A stretch of 64,000 bases of DNA from an uncultured virus (IMG/VR IMGVR_UViG_3300011223_000002). Lineage: Duplodnaviria > Heunggongvirae > Uroviricota > Caudoviricetes. The notes under the pieces were generated by a model that made no database searches, was not told the origin of the DNA, and saw only the letters and a program-made list of their open reading frames with translations. Position 1 is the first letter of the stretch. The number at the start of each line of letters is the position of its first letter. Below are positions 1 through 8,791 of this stretch, piece after piece. The translations under genes and the position numbers were made by a program. The stretch spans positions 62,001-126,000 of IMG/VR virus record IMGVR_UViG_3300011223_000002, one strand, 5' to 3'.

Positions 1-284
1 TTCTTGTAAATGTACAAGACATGATGGTTGCCGCTATCGACATAGGCGGCTACATCAAGCTCCTCGAACCCAACAATGGACGGATCCACCTTGCTGTATA
101 CTGCGCCAACCTGCGTAGTAATGTGCGCATTGGTAACAGTAAACATGTAAGGTTCAATGGGGTCCACTTTGATGCTGTGGAAGTCTTCAGGGTTTGGTGT
201 ATACCCGTACCCAGTACAGACCAAATTATCAGCCATTGCTGAAGACGCCATAGCGCACAACAGCACAGTCACGAATCCTTTCAT
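1..284 (-). CDS. Secreted/periplasmic protein (partial, runs off window)
   Basis: Hand translation from ATG 284: MKGFVTVLLCAMASSAMA-DNLVCTGYGY...; Sec signal peptide with AMA cleavage site; start overlaps the stop of the upstream ORF; not in the ORF track. Confidence 0.7.
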   Translation of the reverse strand, partial: MKGFVTVLLCAMASSAMADNLVCTGYGYTPNPEDFHSIKVDPIEPYMFTVTNAHITTQVGAVYSKVDPSIVGFEELDVAAYVDSGNHHVLYIYK

Positions 285-901
285 TAGTTGATACCTGTGT
301 TAGGGGAAACGGTAGTCCGATATTGGTTAGTGGCAATGTTTTCTGCTACGCTGGCCAAGAGAGCATTAACGTTCATGTCACGAATGGCTTGGAGGTGAGT
401 GCGGAAAGAATCAGCCACCTCATTAACCCGAGCCTCGAAGGTATCGCCGCGTTCTTCATTACGCAAGTCCATCTGGAACGTGAAAGGTTTCAGGTTTTCA
501 GCATAGATGGTGAGCGTGAAGTAACGCCCTTTGGCCAAGCCGTGCACCATCACCGGGCTTTCTTCGGCAAGGACTTTGTTAAACAACGGGAAGTCGTTGA
601 CGTGACCGTGGGTGCGGAAATACCGACCGGCCATCTTCGCTTGCAGCAAGCCTTGCTCAAGCATGTCAATGAGCTCATAGATGCTCTCTTCGTGAGCATT
701 CAAAGCCCTAGCGACTTCCACGAGTTCTACACCACTGAAGGGAACACGGATAGAACGTGCGAACATGCCGTGTGTACCAAAGCCCACAGCACTGGTAACC
801 CGCAGCACATTGTCACGGGTCAAGGAAATGGTGGAATCCAGCACAACCATTTCGCGCGCGTGCAGGACAGAAACTTTACGGGATTGGGAAATAATGGTCA
901 T
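284..901 (-). CDS. Hypothetical early protein
   Basis: 205 aa ORF with GGAG RBS, first gene after the promoter motif at ~1004-1050. Confidence 0.7.
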   Translation of the reverse strand: MTIISQSRKVSVLHAREMVVLDSTISLTRDNVLRVTSAVGFGTHGMFARSIRVPFSGVELVEVARALNAHEESIYELIDMLEQGLLQAKMAGRYFRTHGHVNDFPLFNKVLAEESPVMVHGLAKGRYFTLTIYAENLKPFTFQMDLRNEERGDTFEARVNEVADSFRTHLQAIRDMNVNALLASVAENIATNQYRTTVSPNTGIN

Positions 902-1003
902 GAGTGTTACTCCGATATGGCAAGGTAAGACCTTGGGGGTATAGGGCAGTTAGACGGTGCCAGCAGAATTACTGGACTTAGATAACCCAGTCAAATACCC
1001 TGG

Positions 1004-1050
1004 GTTATTCACATAAGTAATATAGGCCTAAGAATCGCCATAGGTTAAGC
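1004..1050 (-). promoter_or_regulatory. Phage early promoter module
   Basis: Minus strand CCTATATT-N6-GTGAATAA, same spacing as the copies at 13971 and 51441. Confidence 0.65.
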
Positions 1051-1530
1051 GGATCGAATGCCAACGAGCTCAGTAATAAGCTCATGGCTATCGATGAATG
1101 CAAAGCCGAGCGATTCATAGAACCGTAAAGCCCTTACATTGCGCTTCAAGACGCTGACCTTTATCTCAGTGGCTGGGTGACGCCGAGCAAAGTCTTCGAT
1201 TAGGGCTTTACCGATACCCTGTGACCGCAACCAGGGTTGTACAAAAATCCCGAGAATGTGCGAGGGGTCTCTCCGATCGGCACAGAGGATGCCGTGCGTC
1301 TGGCCGTCCTCGTTCTTGGGGATTGCGGTTACGGTAAACCCAACGCTGCGCGCCAGGTAGTTAGCACGTGCTTTCCAGAGGTCTTGTTCATCTACGGCCA
1401 ATTTGTCTGGATCAACCCCAAACAATTTGCTTTCATCTTTGGCGATTTTTAACAAATAATGACCGATGTGCAAGTGAGCTTCCTCATCCCCTTCTTTAAC
1501 ACCGTGACCCAATAGGTTGTAGTTTTCCAT
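1045..1530 (-). CDS. GNAT family N-acetyltransferase
   Basis: Motif A IFVQPWLRSQGIGKALI and motif B NVRALRFYESLGF. Confidence 0.85.
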   Translation of the reverse strand: MENYNLLGHGVKEGDEEAHLHIGHYLLKIAKDESKLFGVDPDKLAVDEQDLWKARANYLARSVGFTVTAIPKNEDGQTHGILCADRRDPSHILGIFVQPWLRSQGIGKALIEDFARRHPATEIKVSVLKRNVRALRFYESLGFAFIDSHELITELVGIRSA

Positions 1531-1558
1531 GACCCCCTCCGAAAAAACAAATAAATAA

Positions 1559-1579
1559 AGCAGGGGGAATACCCCTGCT
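1559..1579 (-). terminator. Intrinsic terminator
   Basis: AGCAGGGG/CCCCTGCT stem followed by a U-rich tract on the minus strand. Confidence 0.6.
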
Positions 1580-1592
1580 CCATGTTAGACAA

Positions 1593-2072
1593 TCAGTAAG
1601 CGCACTGAGCGACTGTAATCAAACGCGAAATCGGATTCTCTTCCGGCTTCTCGTCAGGTTTGGCCGGATGGTCCGTCATAACGATTGTGAAGTACGGCAG
1701 ACCCCCGGAGCTACGCTTGAAGAAGATCATGGCTTCCGGATTAGAGGCAAACGTCGGCGGATTCTCGTTTTCCATGTTGGTGAGGGAGAGACCTTCCGGA
1801 AAAACTTTGTTTGGCTCGATAGTTACCTTTTGATTGGCCTGGTAAATTACTGTGAGCTCATTTTGGACTGGATTGTCCGTTGATACCTCAAACTCGGTAG
1901 GCGATTTACTCGCATTATTAGGGGTGTTTTTCGGCGCCACCTTGTTATCAGTGTATGCGTAGCAGATGTACGTCGAGCCCTCTGGTTCAATGTCATCCAG
2001 TTGGGGCTTGGCGTGCGGTGTAGCAACAGCGGCCAAAGGGAACAATAGCGCAAAGAGTATGCCCATTTTCAT
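1593..2072 (-). CDS. Secreted/periplasmic protein with a Cys pair
   Basis: Signal peptide MKMGILFALLFPLAAVA; only two Cys, one near the mature N-terminus (TYICY) and one at the C-terminus (AQCAY); ATG 2072 preferred over TTG 2099. Confidence 0.7.
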   Translation of the reverse strand: MKMGILFALLFPLAAVATPHAKPQLDDIEPEGSTYICYAYTDNKVAPKNTPNNASKSPTEFEVSTDNPVQNELTVIYQANQKVTIEPNKVFPEGLSLTNMENENPPTFASNPEAMIFFKRSSGGLPYFTIVMTDHPAKPDEKPEENPISRLITVAQCAY

Positions 2073-2110
2073 GAAACGTTTCCTTGTGGTAACAAACAAC
2101 AGAGGTGAAA

Positions 2111-2530
2111 TTAAGCCTGAGGGGCGGTGTTGACTTTCAGCGTTTTCTTGTATTCTTTCAACAACTTACGGCGACGACGCTTGCCTTCCTTGATGGCGTT
2201 GTAGGCGCAGGTCGAGTTGGTCTTCATGTACCAGTTGATCCATTCGACATTAAGCCCCATGGACGTGTCACCCAGGAGAACAGGTTCGGGACCGTCGGCC
2301 AATGCGAGCTGATCGATCTGGGCACGGGCCAGTGGATTGTTGACGAGTACCGCCAGATCAGACTGGTGGGCTTTCTCGTCAAAGACAAACCCACTCTTAA
2401 CCACCACTGGGTTAAAGGAATTCAAAAACGACGCAGATTTATCCACTTTACTACTCTCCTCTAAATGCGACTGAGACTGTTGCTGTTTAAGTGCTTCAGC
2501 CATTTCAGACAACGTGGACATGGTGTTCAA
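2111..2530 (-). CDS. Hypothetical protein
   Basis: 139 aa ORF in a tightly packed operon; basic C-terminus. Confidence 0.6.
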   Translation of the reverse strand: MNTMSTLSEMAEALKQQQSQSHLEESSKVDKSASFLNSFNPVVVKSGFVFDEKAHQSDLAVLVNNPLARAQIDQLALADGPEPVLLGDTSMGLNVEWINWYMKTNSTCAYNAIKEGKRRRRKLLKEYKKTLKVNTAPQA

Positions 2531-2533
2531 TAC

Positions 2534-2893
2534 TCAGCGGTAAAGTTTACGGGCTTTCTTGTTAAACGATTTACACGCTCTTAGGAAGGGCGTGTGGATA
2601 AAGGCGCCAACGCCCTGAAACATATAGAGGTTAAGTAGCGCTGCATCGGGAATCTTTCTCGGGCGAAGTTGCAGTGGATGGAGACCAGGCGCCAGCAACC
2701 CCTTTAGCACGTATCTCACCTCCTGCAGATGCTCAAGGCTTTGGGCAGCAATGGCATTCAAGTACTCACGCCCCCTTTCATCTTCTAGCAGTTTTGCTAA
2801 CGGTATCTGATGACTGCCCAAATACCCTGGAACAATGTACTTCTTTCCCTGTACGACAACATAGGGGCGGTCTTTACGTGGACGTGGGATCAT
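2534..2893 (-). CDS. Hypothetical protein
   Basis: 119 aa basic ORF in operon. Confidence 0.6.
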   Translation of the reverse strand: MIPRPRKDRPYVVVQGKKYIVPGYLGSHQIPLAKLLEDERGREYLNAIAAQSLEHLQEVRYVLKGLLAPGLHPLQLRPRKIPDAALLNLYMFQGVGAFIHTPFLRACKSFNKKARKLYR

Positions 2894-3413
2894 CTGTAAG
2901 CCCTCCTGCGGCTAACTCCTTTCTTACACGCTCAAGTTCCCGTTTACCAATCTTTGTCCGAGACAAGTCATCAACGGTCTTTTCACCATTACCTAAACGG
3001 CCATCTAGATCAAACCGTTTACCCATCAGCACGATCCAGGGTTGACGACGAAACACAGGACCAAAGGCAATCTTTCGCGCCTTCGCTTCCTGACGTTCTA
3101 ACGTACGGGCCATGCTGTCAATCCGCCGGTTAAGGTCCTTACCGGGTTCGTAATCACCCCGGATCTTTGCCTTGCAAATGTTTTCAGCTGCTTTGCTCCC
3201 AATGGACTTACGGGATCGATACCAAACGATCCACGTAGGGTTGGGTTTACCGCTCGCTGTAGTTAAAGGTGGCTCAGGCAAGGAGTTGATACGAATCTTC
3301 ATCTCCTCCCTTGCCTGGGCTTCAGTGGCGATGTGCGTAGACCGATACCACGCACACCACGCTGAATTAAACGAGCCTTTAACTATTAGCTTGGGTTCCT
3401 CGCTAATAGCCAT
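2874..3413 (-). CDS. Hypothetical basic protein with a repeated WxxWYRS motif
   Basis: Start at ATG 3413 (AAGGGG RBS); motifs NSAWCAWYRS and NPTWIVWYRS. Confidence 0.6.
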   Translation of the reverse strand: MAISEEPKLIVKGSFNSAWCAWYRSTHIATEAQAREEMKIRINSLPEPPLTTASGKPNPTWIVWYRSRKSIGSKAAENICKAKIRGDYEPGKDLNRRIDSMARTLERQEAKARKIAFGPVFRRQPWIVLMGKRFDLDGRLGNGEKTVDDLSRTKIGKRELERVRKELAAGGLTDDPTST

Positions 3414-3423
3414 GGCGTTCCCC

Positions 3424-4224
3424 TTAGATAACGAAGTACAGCTCGTTGCCCTTTTCTTTGTCAACCACCTTGGTAAGTTGACCAGAAATTACCAGGCCGG
3501 CGATTTTGACACCGTGCGTGATTTCAACACGCGATGAGGCGTCGAAGCTTTTGATCGTCTCTTCCGACAGGCGCAACCGCTTGAAGAGGTTGTCGACTTT
3601 CAGCAGTGGGAGTTCAGCCGGCTTGACCAGGAACTGCTCATACGACATGTTTACCGACTTCTGCAACTGTTGCGGCAGGGAGATGCCATAAGCCAGCGAG
3701 TTCTTGGTTTCCTTGCGGAACTCACGGAGATTCGTCAGCGAACGCGACACAGGCGGGGTCCAGACAATGGTCTTCACCCCTTTCGGAATGTAGTCCATCA
3801 ACTCCTTCAGCACCTGTTGGGGCTTGGCGTAATGCACATGGACGACACGTTGGAGTTCTTCCAGCGTACGGCCTTGGGCTGCGGCTTGTTCGATGGCCGA
3901 GAGATTTACGTAATTGGCCGTGCCGATCACGTCACCGAACTTGACGTAGGGGTAATCGTCGATCAGGTTCTCGAGTGATTCGGCGGAATAGCAGGCCAGC
4001 TTGATGCGGTTGCTCAGGCGCTCGGTGGCGGTCAGTTCCAGGCCGCGCTTGCAGAGGGTCTCGACCACCTCTTCCTTGATCTTGCGGAACTCCTGGTTGT
4101 TCGACGGCAACAAGAAAGCCGTTTCAACATCCTTCAATAGCAGTTCAACTGCTGTCAGTTTGCGCGGGGTGTAGCTCTGATGGGCGGCTACACGGGCTTG
4201 TTCGCGTTTAGTTAGGTAGTTCAT
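3424..4224 (-). CDS. Hypothetical protein
   Basis: 266 aa ORF, AAGGA RBS. Confidence 0.75.
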   Translation of the reverse strand: MNYLTKREQARVAAHQSYTPRKLTAVELLLKDVETAFLLPSNNQEFRKIKEEVVETLCKRGLELTATERLSNRIKLACYSAESLENLIDDYPYVKFGDVIGTANYVNLSAIEQAAAQGRTLEELQRVVHVHYAKPQQVLKELMDYIPKGVKTIVWTPPVSRSLTNLREFRKETKNSLAYGISLPQQLQKSVNMSYEQFLVKPAELPLLKVDNLFKRLRLSEETIKSFDASSRVEITHGVKIAGLVISGQLTKVVDKEKGNELYFVI

Positions 4225-4256
4225 GTCGCAATTCCTTAGAGTAAGTACAACAGGTG

Positions 4257-4415
4257 TTATTGAGATGCCTTATCGGCGGGTTTTACAGCAGGTTCGTCAG
4301 GTGAAGGTTTATCGCCCAACTTACCGGTAATGCGATCCCGGAGTGAATCTGGGAGGTCATGCAGATGATGCAGACGACGAAGATAGGGTTGCAGTTCTTT
4401 TAGCAATTGGCTCAT
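4257..4415 (-). CDS. Small early protein (52 aa)
   Basis: Hand translation MSQLLKELQPYLRRLHHLHDLPDSLRDRITGKLGDKPSPDEPAVKPADKASQ; GAGG RBS; directly after a promoter motif. Confidence 0.55.
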   Translation of the reverse strand: MSQLLKELQPYLRRLHHLHDLPDSLRDRITGKLGDKPSPDEPAVKPADKASQ

Positions 4416-4432
4416 GGTAAAACCTCAATGGT

Positions 4433-4480
4433 TACATTCACCTGAGTTATATAGATATAGCTTTCTGTAGAAGTTAAAAT
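4433..4480 (-). promoter_or_regulatory. Phage early promoter module (variant)
   Basis: Minus strand TTTTAACTT-N15-TCTATATA-N6-GTGAATGT, same spacing as 13971/51441. Confidence 0.55.
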
Positions 4481-4508
4481 AAAGGCATTGGATGTGTTCA
4501 AAAGAAAA

Positions 4509-4535
4509 CCATCTACCGGGATAACCGGTAGATGG
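4509..4535 (-). terminator. Intrinsic terminator
   Basis: 11 bp stem CCATCTACCGG/CCGGTAGATGG plus U tract. Confidence 0.7.
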
Positions 4536-4540
4536 GTGAT

Positions 4541-4687
4541 TCAATTCTTTCCGGAAATCAGCTCGCGGTGACACTTGGTCGTATCGAAAGCACCCTGGCA
4601 GTGTTTGATACGGTACTCAGCAATAAACTTACCAACGCCCATGCTAACAATAACAGCCGCTACAAATACACAGAGGCCTTTCTTCAC
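4541..4687 (-). CDS. Small membrane-anchored peptide (48 aa)
   Basis: Hand translation MKKGLCVFVAAVIVSMGVGKFIAEYRIKHCQGAFDTTKCHRELISGKN; GTG start overlaps the upstream TGA. Confidence 0.5.
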   Translation of the reverse strand: MKKGLCVFVAAVIVSMGVGKFIAEYRIKHCQGAFDTTKCHRELISGKN

Positions 4688-4950
4688 GGTAACTCTACCT
4701 TTCCTTTGTTTAGTTGTACCACCTCTCCCCTTCCCTGAATTGTCGGAGTTTGGCGGCGTTGGATTTCACGCTCAATCAACAAGGCATGCTTGCCGTTAAT
4801 CGTAACGGGCGGATCAACTCGGTACAGGTGCATCTCGAACGCACAAGACTTGGCTAAACTAAGCATGCTGTTTAAGACGACTGTATCGTAAAGACCAAGG
4901 GCGTGACGTATCCGCCAGATCAGCCCGTAGACATGAATAACGTTTCCCAT
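4684..4950 (-). CDS. Hypothetical protein
   Basis: 88 aa, abuts neighbours. Confidence 0.55.
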   Translation of the reverse strand: MGNVIHVYGLIWRIRHALGLYDTVVLNSMLSLAKSCAFEMHLYRVDPPVTINGKHALLIEREIQRRQTPTIQGRGEVVQLNKGKVELP

Positions 4951-5433
4951 CTACTTCTCCCAATCACCCCAGTTAGTACAGACCACACGACCCGTTCCTG
5001 GTTTAGGGGCGCCCGCCCCTTCACGCACCATCTCATCCAGGTCATAAACCGGGGTCGACCATGATGGCTGCTCCGGGCGGGTCCAACCCGCTGAGCCGTT
5101 AGAGTAGGTAACATTGATACTCGTGGTCGGCTCTCGCAGTGGTAGCTGCACCAACTCATCCAGATAAGCTGGTGGTTGATACACATTGGCGAACGCCTTC
5201 ATGAGCTGATCCGGGTCGGTAATATCCAAACCAGGACACCCCTCACCACGCCCCGCTATTTCTGCCCGAAGGATATAAACATCGTTCTTACCAATTTCTT
5301 CACCGTCAATCAGGCTCGCTATCCCACATTCGGCAAGCTCAGCAATAAAAATCAACGAGGGCAGGTTGATAGTGGAGATTATCTTTTCAATACGCCGCTG
5401 GCGATGGCTCTTGAACTGAAGCACTTTACCCAT
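4951..5433 (-). CDS. Hypothetical protein
   Basis: 160 aa, GAGGA RBS. Confidence 0.65.
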   Translation of the reverse strand: MGKVLQFKSHRQRRIEKIISTINLPSLIFIAELAECGIASLIDGEEIGKNDVYILRAEIAGRGEGCPGLDITDPDQLMKAFANVYQPPAYLDELVQLPLREPTTSINVTYSNGSAGWTRPEQPSWSTPVYDLDEMVREGAGAPKPGTGRVVCTNWGDWEK

Positions 5434-5443
5434 GGGAATCCTC

Positions 5444-5764
5444 CTACTCTGGCTTGTCCCCGTCAGGAAGAGCCAGCTTTTTGTATTCTTTCCTGTTTAC
5501 CTCCCAGGTGCAGATATTCACTCGCTCACTGGAAATAGGGAAGGGAAGTGGAATGGTCATCTTTTTATTATCCCTTTCTTCGAGTTCCTTGAGCAGGGCA
5601 GGTAGGTCGACCGGCCCCAGCTTGATATCAAACCGGGGTAGGTTGACAACATAGCCCTGGTGGATAAGGTCCTTACCGTTTTTAAGGATGTAGTAATCAG
5701 TAGCCTGCAATGCGAGCTTAACAGCTTCCCCTCGCAAGGACTTAAACGGAATAATTTTGCCCAC
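5444..5764 (-). CDS. Hypothetical protein
   Basis: 106 aa, GGAGG RBS before GTG. Confidence 0.65.
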   Translation of the reverse strand: MGKIIPFKSLRGEAVKLALQATDYYILKNGKDLIHQGYVVNLPRFDIKLGPVDLPALLKELEERDNKKMTIPLPFPISSERVNICTWEVNRKEYKKLALPDGDKPE

Positions 5765-5772
5765 AGGACCTC

Positions 5773-5955
5773 CTATAACACCAACCCTATCAAATCGTGA
5801 TTGGGGTTAGCTTTCAATTGCAGAATTAACAACCGCCGTTGGGTGTGGAGGTCGTTAACAACTAAACCAATGACCCCCTCATGGAAAGGCCAGTTCGGTG
5901 GAACAGGAACCCGCCGCGAGGCAGGTCCCTTTAGTTGACGGACATGAGCGGACAT
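5773..5955 (-). CDS. Hypothetical protein
   Basis: 60 aa, fills an operon gap. Confidence 0.45.
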   Translation of the reverse strand: MSAHVRQLKGPASRRVPVPPNWPFHEGVIGLVVNDLHTQRRLLILQLKANPNHDLIGLVL

Positions 5956-5960
5956 AGTAA

Positions 5961-6185
5961 TTAGAACTCCAGTAACGGCACGATCATCCGCCCATCTTTA
6001 TCCAGATGGATTACCCGTACAGAGAGGGGGATGCTGTCGAACCGTGCTTTACTCCGCACCGCTTCTTTTCTGGAAATCAATGTCGCCATTTCCTCAGAAG
6101 TAAGCTGGGGTGAAACGATGGGTACGTGGCTGAAGAATTTACCAATGGCCTCTTCTTCAGTGAACTTACGGTTGCTCGAAGTCAT
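5961..6185 (-). CDS. Hypothetical protein
   Basis: 74 aa, GGAGG RBS. Confidence 0.6.
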   Translation of the reverse strand: MTSSNRKFTEEEAIGKFFSHVPIVSPQLTSEEMATLISRKEAVRSKARFDSIPLSVRVIHLDKDGRMIVPLLEF

Positions 6186-6198
6186 TATCCCCTCCTGG

Positions 6199-6882
6199 TT
6201 AATCCTTTAACGTGAGTGTCATTAGGCGTTTGAGTTCTTCATTGTCAGCCTGCCGTTGTTTCTCTGCATCTTCCAACCGGTACTGCTCCTTACACAATGC
6301 CCAGGATTCGGTGTCCATTTCAGTGGGCTTCTTGCGCGGGATGCCGGAGAAACCGAACTCAGTGAACAGCATGATTCGGTTATCAAACTTCCTGACCCGG
6401 TGTTTGATCATCCAGGTGGCCAGTGCTTCTGTGAGAATAGCGTTCTCATCTTCTTCGGTCCAACGTTCAGTCGCTTTACCGTTCAGCCACTTAGGGTTCG
6501 TATTCAGGTTAAAGCCGTAGAGCTCATTCTTCCAGAAGACCATCCCGTGGTTACCCTCGTCACGAAGCTTCTTCATGAGGACGGGGTACATTGCCGCTTC
6601 CTTAATGCAAAGACGTGCCCATTCCACAGGATCCTTAACAACAAGGACTGTGTCGCACAAGCTCCGCTCGATCCAGGTAGGAACACGACCCCGGAGACGT
6701 TGAATAAGCTTGACCAGACGCTTCGGATGAGTGGTGAAGTTTTCTTCAATCCACTTCATTACATCGTGTTCTTGTTGCTCAGCAGTCTGATCTTCGTTGT
6801 GAACGTATTCGGGTACTTTTTGGGTATTCTTCTTGAGTGTGCTCATGTTTCGGTCCAAATTAACGGTATTAAAAATACCCAC
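6199..6882 (-). CDS. Hypothetical protein
   Basis: Up to 227 aa; start uncertain (ATG 6846 possible). Confidence 0.65.
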   Translation of the reverse strand: MGIFNTVNLDRNMSTLKKNTQKVPEYVHNEDQTAEQQEHDVMKWIEENFTTHPKRLVKLIQRLRGRVPTWIERSLCDTVLVVKDPVEWARLCIKEAAMYPVLMKKLRDEGNHGMVFWKNELYGFNLNTNPKWLNGKATERWTEEDENAILTEALATWMIKHRVRKFDNRIMLFTEFGFSGIPRKKPTEMDTESWALCKEQYRLEDAEKQRQADNEELKRLMTLTLKD

Positions 6883-6948
6883 TTCGCTAATAGAGAAGGA
6901 GGCGTGGTAAAATTTTAGTTATAAAAGACTTGTGTGACAATAATAAAC

Positions 6949-6975
6949 CCCTACCTTCCCACTGGGAAGGTAGGG
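6949..6975 (-). terminator. Intrinsic terminator (CCTAC-stem family)
   Basis: 12 bp stem CCCTACCTTCCC/GGGAAGGTAGGG. Confidence 0.7.
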
Positions 6976-6983
6976 ATGTTTCT

Positions 6984-7436
6984 CTAAACGACTGTCTTCT
7001 CAACGCGGAACAGGGTTACGTCGAAATCCCCGTTCTGTTGCTCAACGATACGGCACTCGTAACGGTCTAAAGACTGGTCAGGAAACTCACATTCCACCAT
7101 CTTCGCTTTGATGGCGTCCTTGACATCATTGTAGGTAGGTCGTGGGTGGAGCAGTACAAACCAGTTCACCCACTTCGCCATGATCGTGCGTTTCGGAACG
7201 CCCTCTTCCCTGACCAGCTTTGTGTAAAAGGCTGGCTCAGGAAGCAACGCGCGAACAGGAGCCAGGCTATTACTCTCATCAAGGGGAGAGCGCGAGATAA
7301 TAGCGGCGACGAGCGCTTCAATCACTCGATCGGGATACACGGGACCTTCGACAAGCTTAACCTCCACCGGTCGTCCAGCAATATTGTCCACAGCCCTGCC
7401 TTCCGTAACTGATGAAGCAAGCATGGACTCGGTCAA
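6984..7436 (-). CDS. Hypothetical protein
   Basis: 150 aa; C-terminus resembles that of 7582..8142. Confidence 0.6.
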   Translation of the reverse strand: MTESMLASSVTEGRAVDNIAGRPVEVKLVEGPVYPDRVIEALVAAIISRSPLDESNSLAPVRALLPEPAFYTKLVREEGVPKRTIMAKWVNWFVLLHPRPTYNDVKDAIKAKMVECEFPDQSLDRYECRIVEQQNGDFDVTLFRVEKTVV

Positions 7437-7555
7437 GCAGGACGCTCGGATGCGCGCAGGTGATTGACAGGCTCTTTGGCGAGCATATCGAAATAGTTTT
7501 GTTTGATCTCTTCGTCGGTAGGAAGACGATCATCGGGCGAATTTTGTTCAGTCAT
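7433..7555 (-). CDS. Small protein (40 aa)
   Basis: Hand translation MTEQNSPDDRLPTDEEIKQNYFDMLAKEPVNHLRASERPA; GGAG RBS. Confidence 0.5.
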   Translation of the reverse strand: MTEQNSPDDRLPTDEEIKQNYFDMLAKEPVNHLRASERPA

Positions 7556-7581
7556 TGTGTTTCTCCAGAAATGTAGTAGGG

Positions 7582-8142
7582 TTAAATAACAGTTTCGGTA
7601 ATACGGGTAATGATAACCTCTTGATCATCACCTGGGTTTTCAGCTGGGATTACCTTGACGGCGATGTCCTTCGGCACACCTTCTGGGAAAACCAGGTCTA
7701 GAACGGCAGCAGTTCCTCCTTGTGTAGCCAGAAGAAGAAGCGAGGGTCCACTGTCTTCTGGTCTCCCAGTATCAAGCTTCATCATCTCTTCGCGGAGCCA
7801 TTCATCACGAATGAAACGACGGGTAACTCCTTCAACGGTTTCTGTTCTCATCGCCTGAAGGGAGGCACTCCGTCGCTGGGTTTTCTTCAGCTTGTCCAGG
7901 AACTCCTGCATGAGCGCAACAACATCGATGGGTTCGCCAGGGTTCGGGAGCTTTACGATAAGGCAGTTGTAGTCCTCGACGATGGACTCTTCGAACCGTC
8001 GCTTATTCTCACGGTTCTTTGGATCATTTTCCCGGGAGGACTGTGTCAATTTTGAACCGCTGGTGGTGCTATGGCCGTGATAGTCATTTGCCATGTTGTT
8101 ATCGTCCTGTTGAGGAAAGGTGTCGATGGGATCGAGCGCCAT
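7582..8142 (-). CDS. Hypothetical protein
   Basis: 186 aa ORF in operon. Confidence 0.65.
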   Translation of the reverse strand: MALDPIDTFPQQDDNNMANDYHGHSTTSGSKLTQSSRENDPKNRENKRRFEESIVEDYNCLIVKLPNPGEPIDVVALMQEFLDKLKKTQRRSASLQAMRTETVEGVTRRFIRDEWLREEMMKLDTGRPEDSGPSLLLLATQGGTAAVLDLVFPEGVPKDIAVKVIPAENPGDDQEVIITRITETVI

Positions 8143-8148
8143 AATGAT

Positions 8149-8529
8149 TTACTCAAGGAATGGAGGGATGTTTCCGTCTTTGGTGGCTTTGAATGTGCTG
8201 TAGGAAACAGCAGTCAAAAATTCCAGGAGGATTTGCAGGAGTTGTTTCTGATTGCACCCTGTCTCATCGGGGTCACCCACACGGACCTCCAGATATTCCG
8301 ATGTAAGAGTGTACGTAACCAGCGGTTTATTCTGAGGACTGGTGACGGTCAGGATACGGGTAGAAGAACCTGGAGTGCAGGTAAAGGTAACGCCATCCTT
8401 AACAATTTCCAGGGTATCCTCGGTGTCCTCTACCCCCATCACCGTAAGCATGTGCAGGGAATGGAGAACTGCGTTGATCTTCTCGTTGGTCGAGAGGTCT
8501 TTATCGAGTTGGCGTTTATCGAAGTTCAT
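8149..8529 (-). CDS. Hypothetical protein
   Basis: 126 aa ORF in operon. Confidence 0.65.
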   Translation of the reverse strand: MNFDKRQLDKDLSTNEKINAVLHSLHMLTVMGVEDTEDTLEIVKDGVTFTCTPGSSTRILTVTSPQNKPLVTYTLTSEYLEVRVGDPDETGCNQKQLLQILLEFLTAVSYSTFKATKDGNIPPFLE

Positions 8530-8774
8530 TCTTTCAATTCCTTACAACTAACATTGAGGACAATCAATCCACGCGTCCCGGATTTTTGAGCCTTGATGTA
8601 CTCACGTCCACGGGAGGTGATGTTGTTCGACAGGTTGTGGTGTTTAACAATTTGATGCATTGCAGCCGGGCACTGACTAACATCGTCCAACAGTGTCGAG
8701 GTGGTAGTAACGTTGTCGTTGTTACCAAGGCTGACCACTTCTAGCGTTGCCAACAGTAGGGCTTTAAGAGGCAT
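8526..8774 (-). CDS. Hypothetical protein, possibly exported
   Basis: 82 aa, AAGGAG RBS, hydrophobic N-terminus, two Cys. Confidence 0.55.
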   Translation of the reverse strand: MPLKALLLATLEVVSLGNNDNVTTTSTLLDDVSQCPAAMHQIVKHHNLSNNITSRGREYIKAQKSGTRGLIVLNVSCKELKE

Positions 8775-8791
8775 AACCAGCTCCTTGCAGT

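Noticed and set aside
7420..7445. Possible frameshift fusion of the 40 aa ORF with 6984..7436
   Set aside because: No slippery sequence; a simple TTGA stop-start overlap explains it
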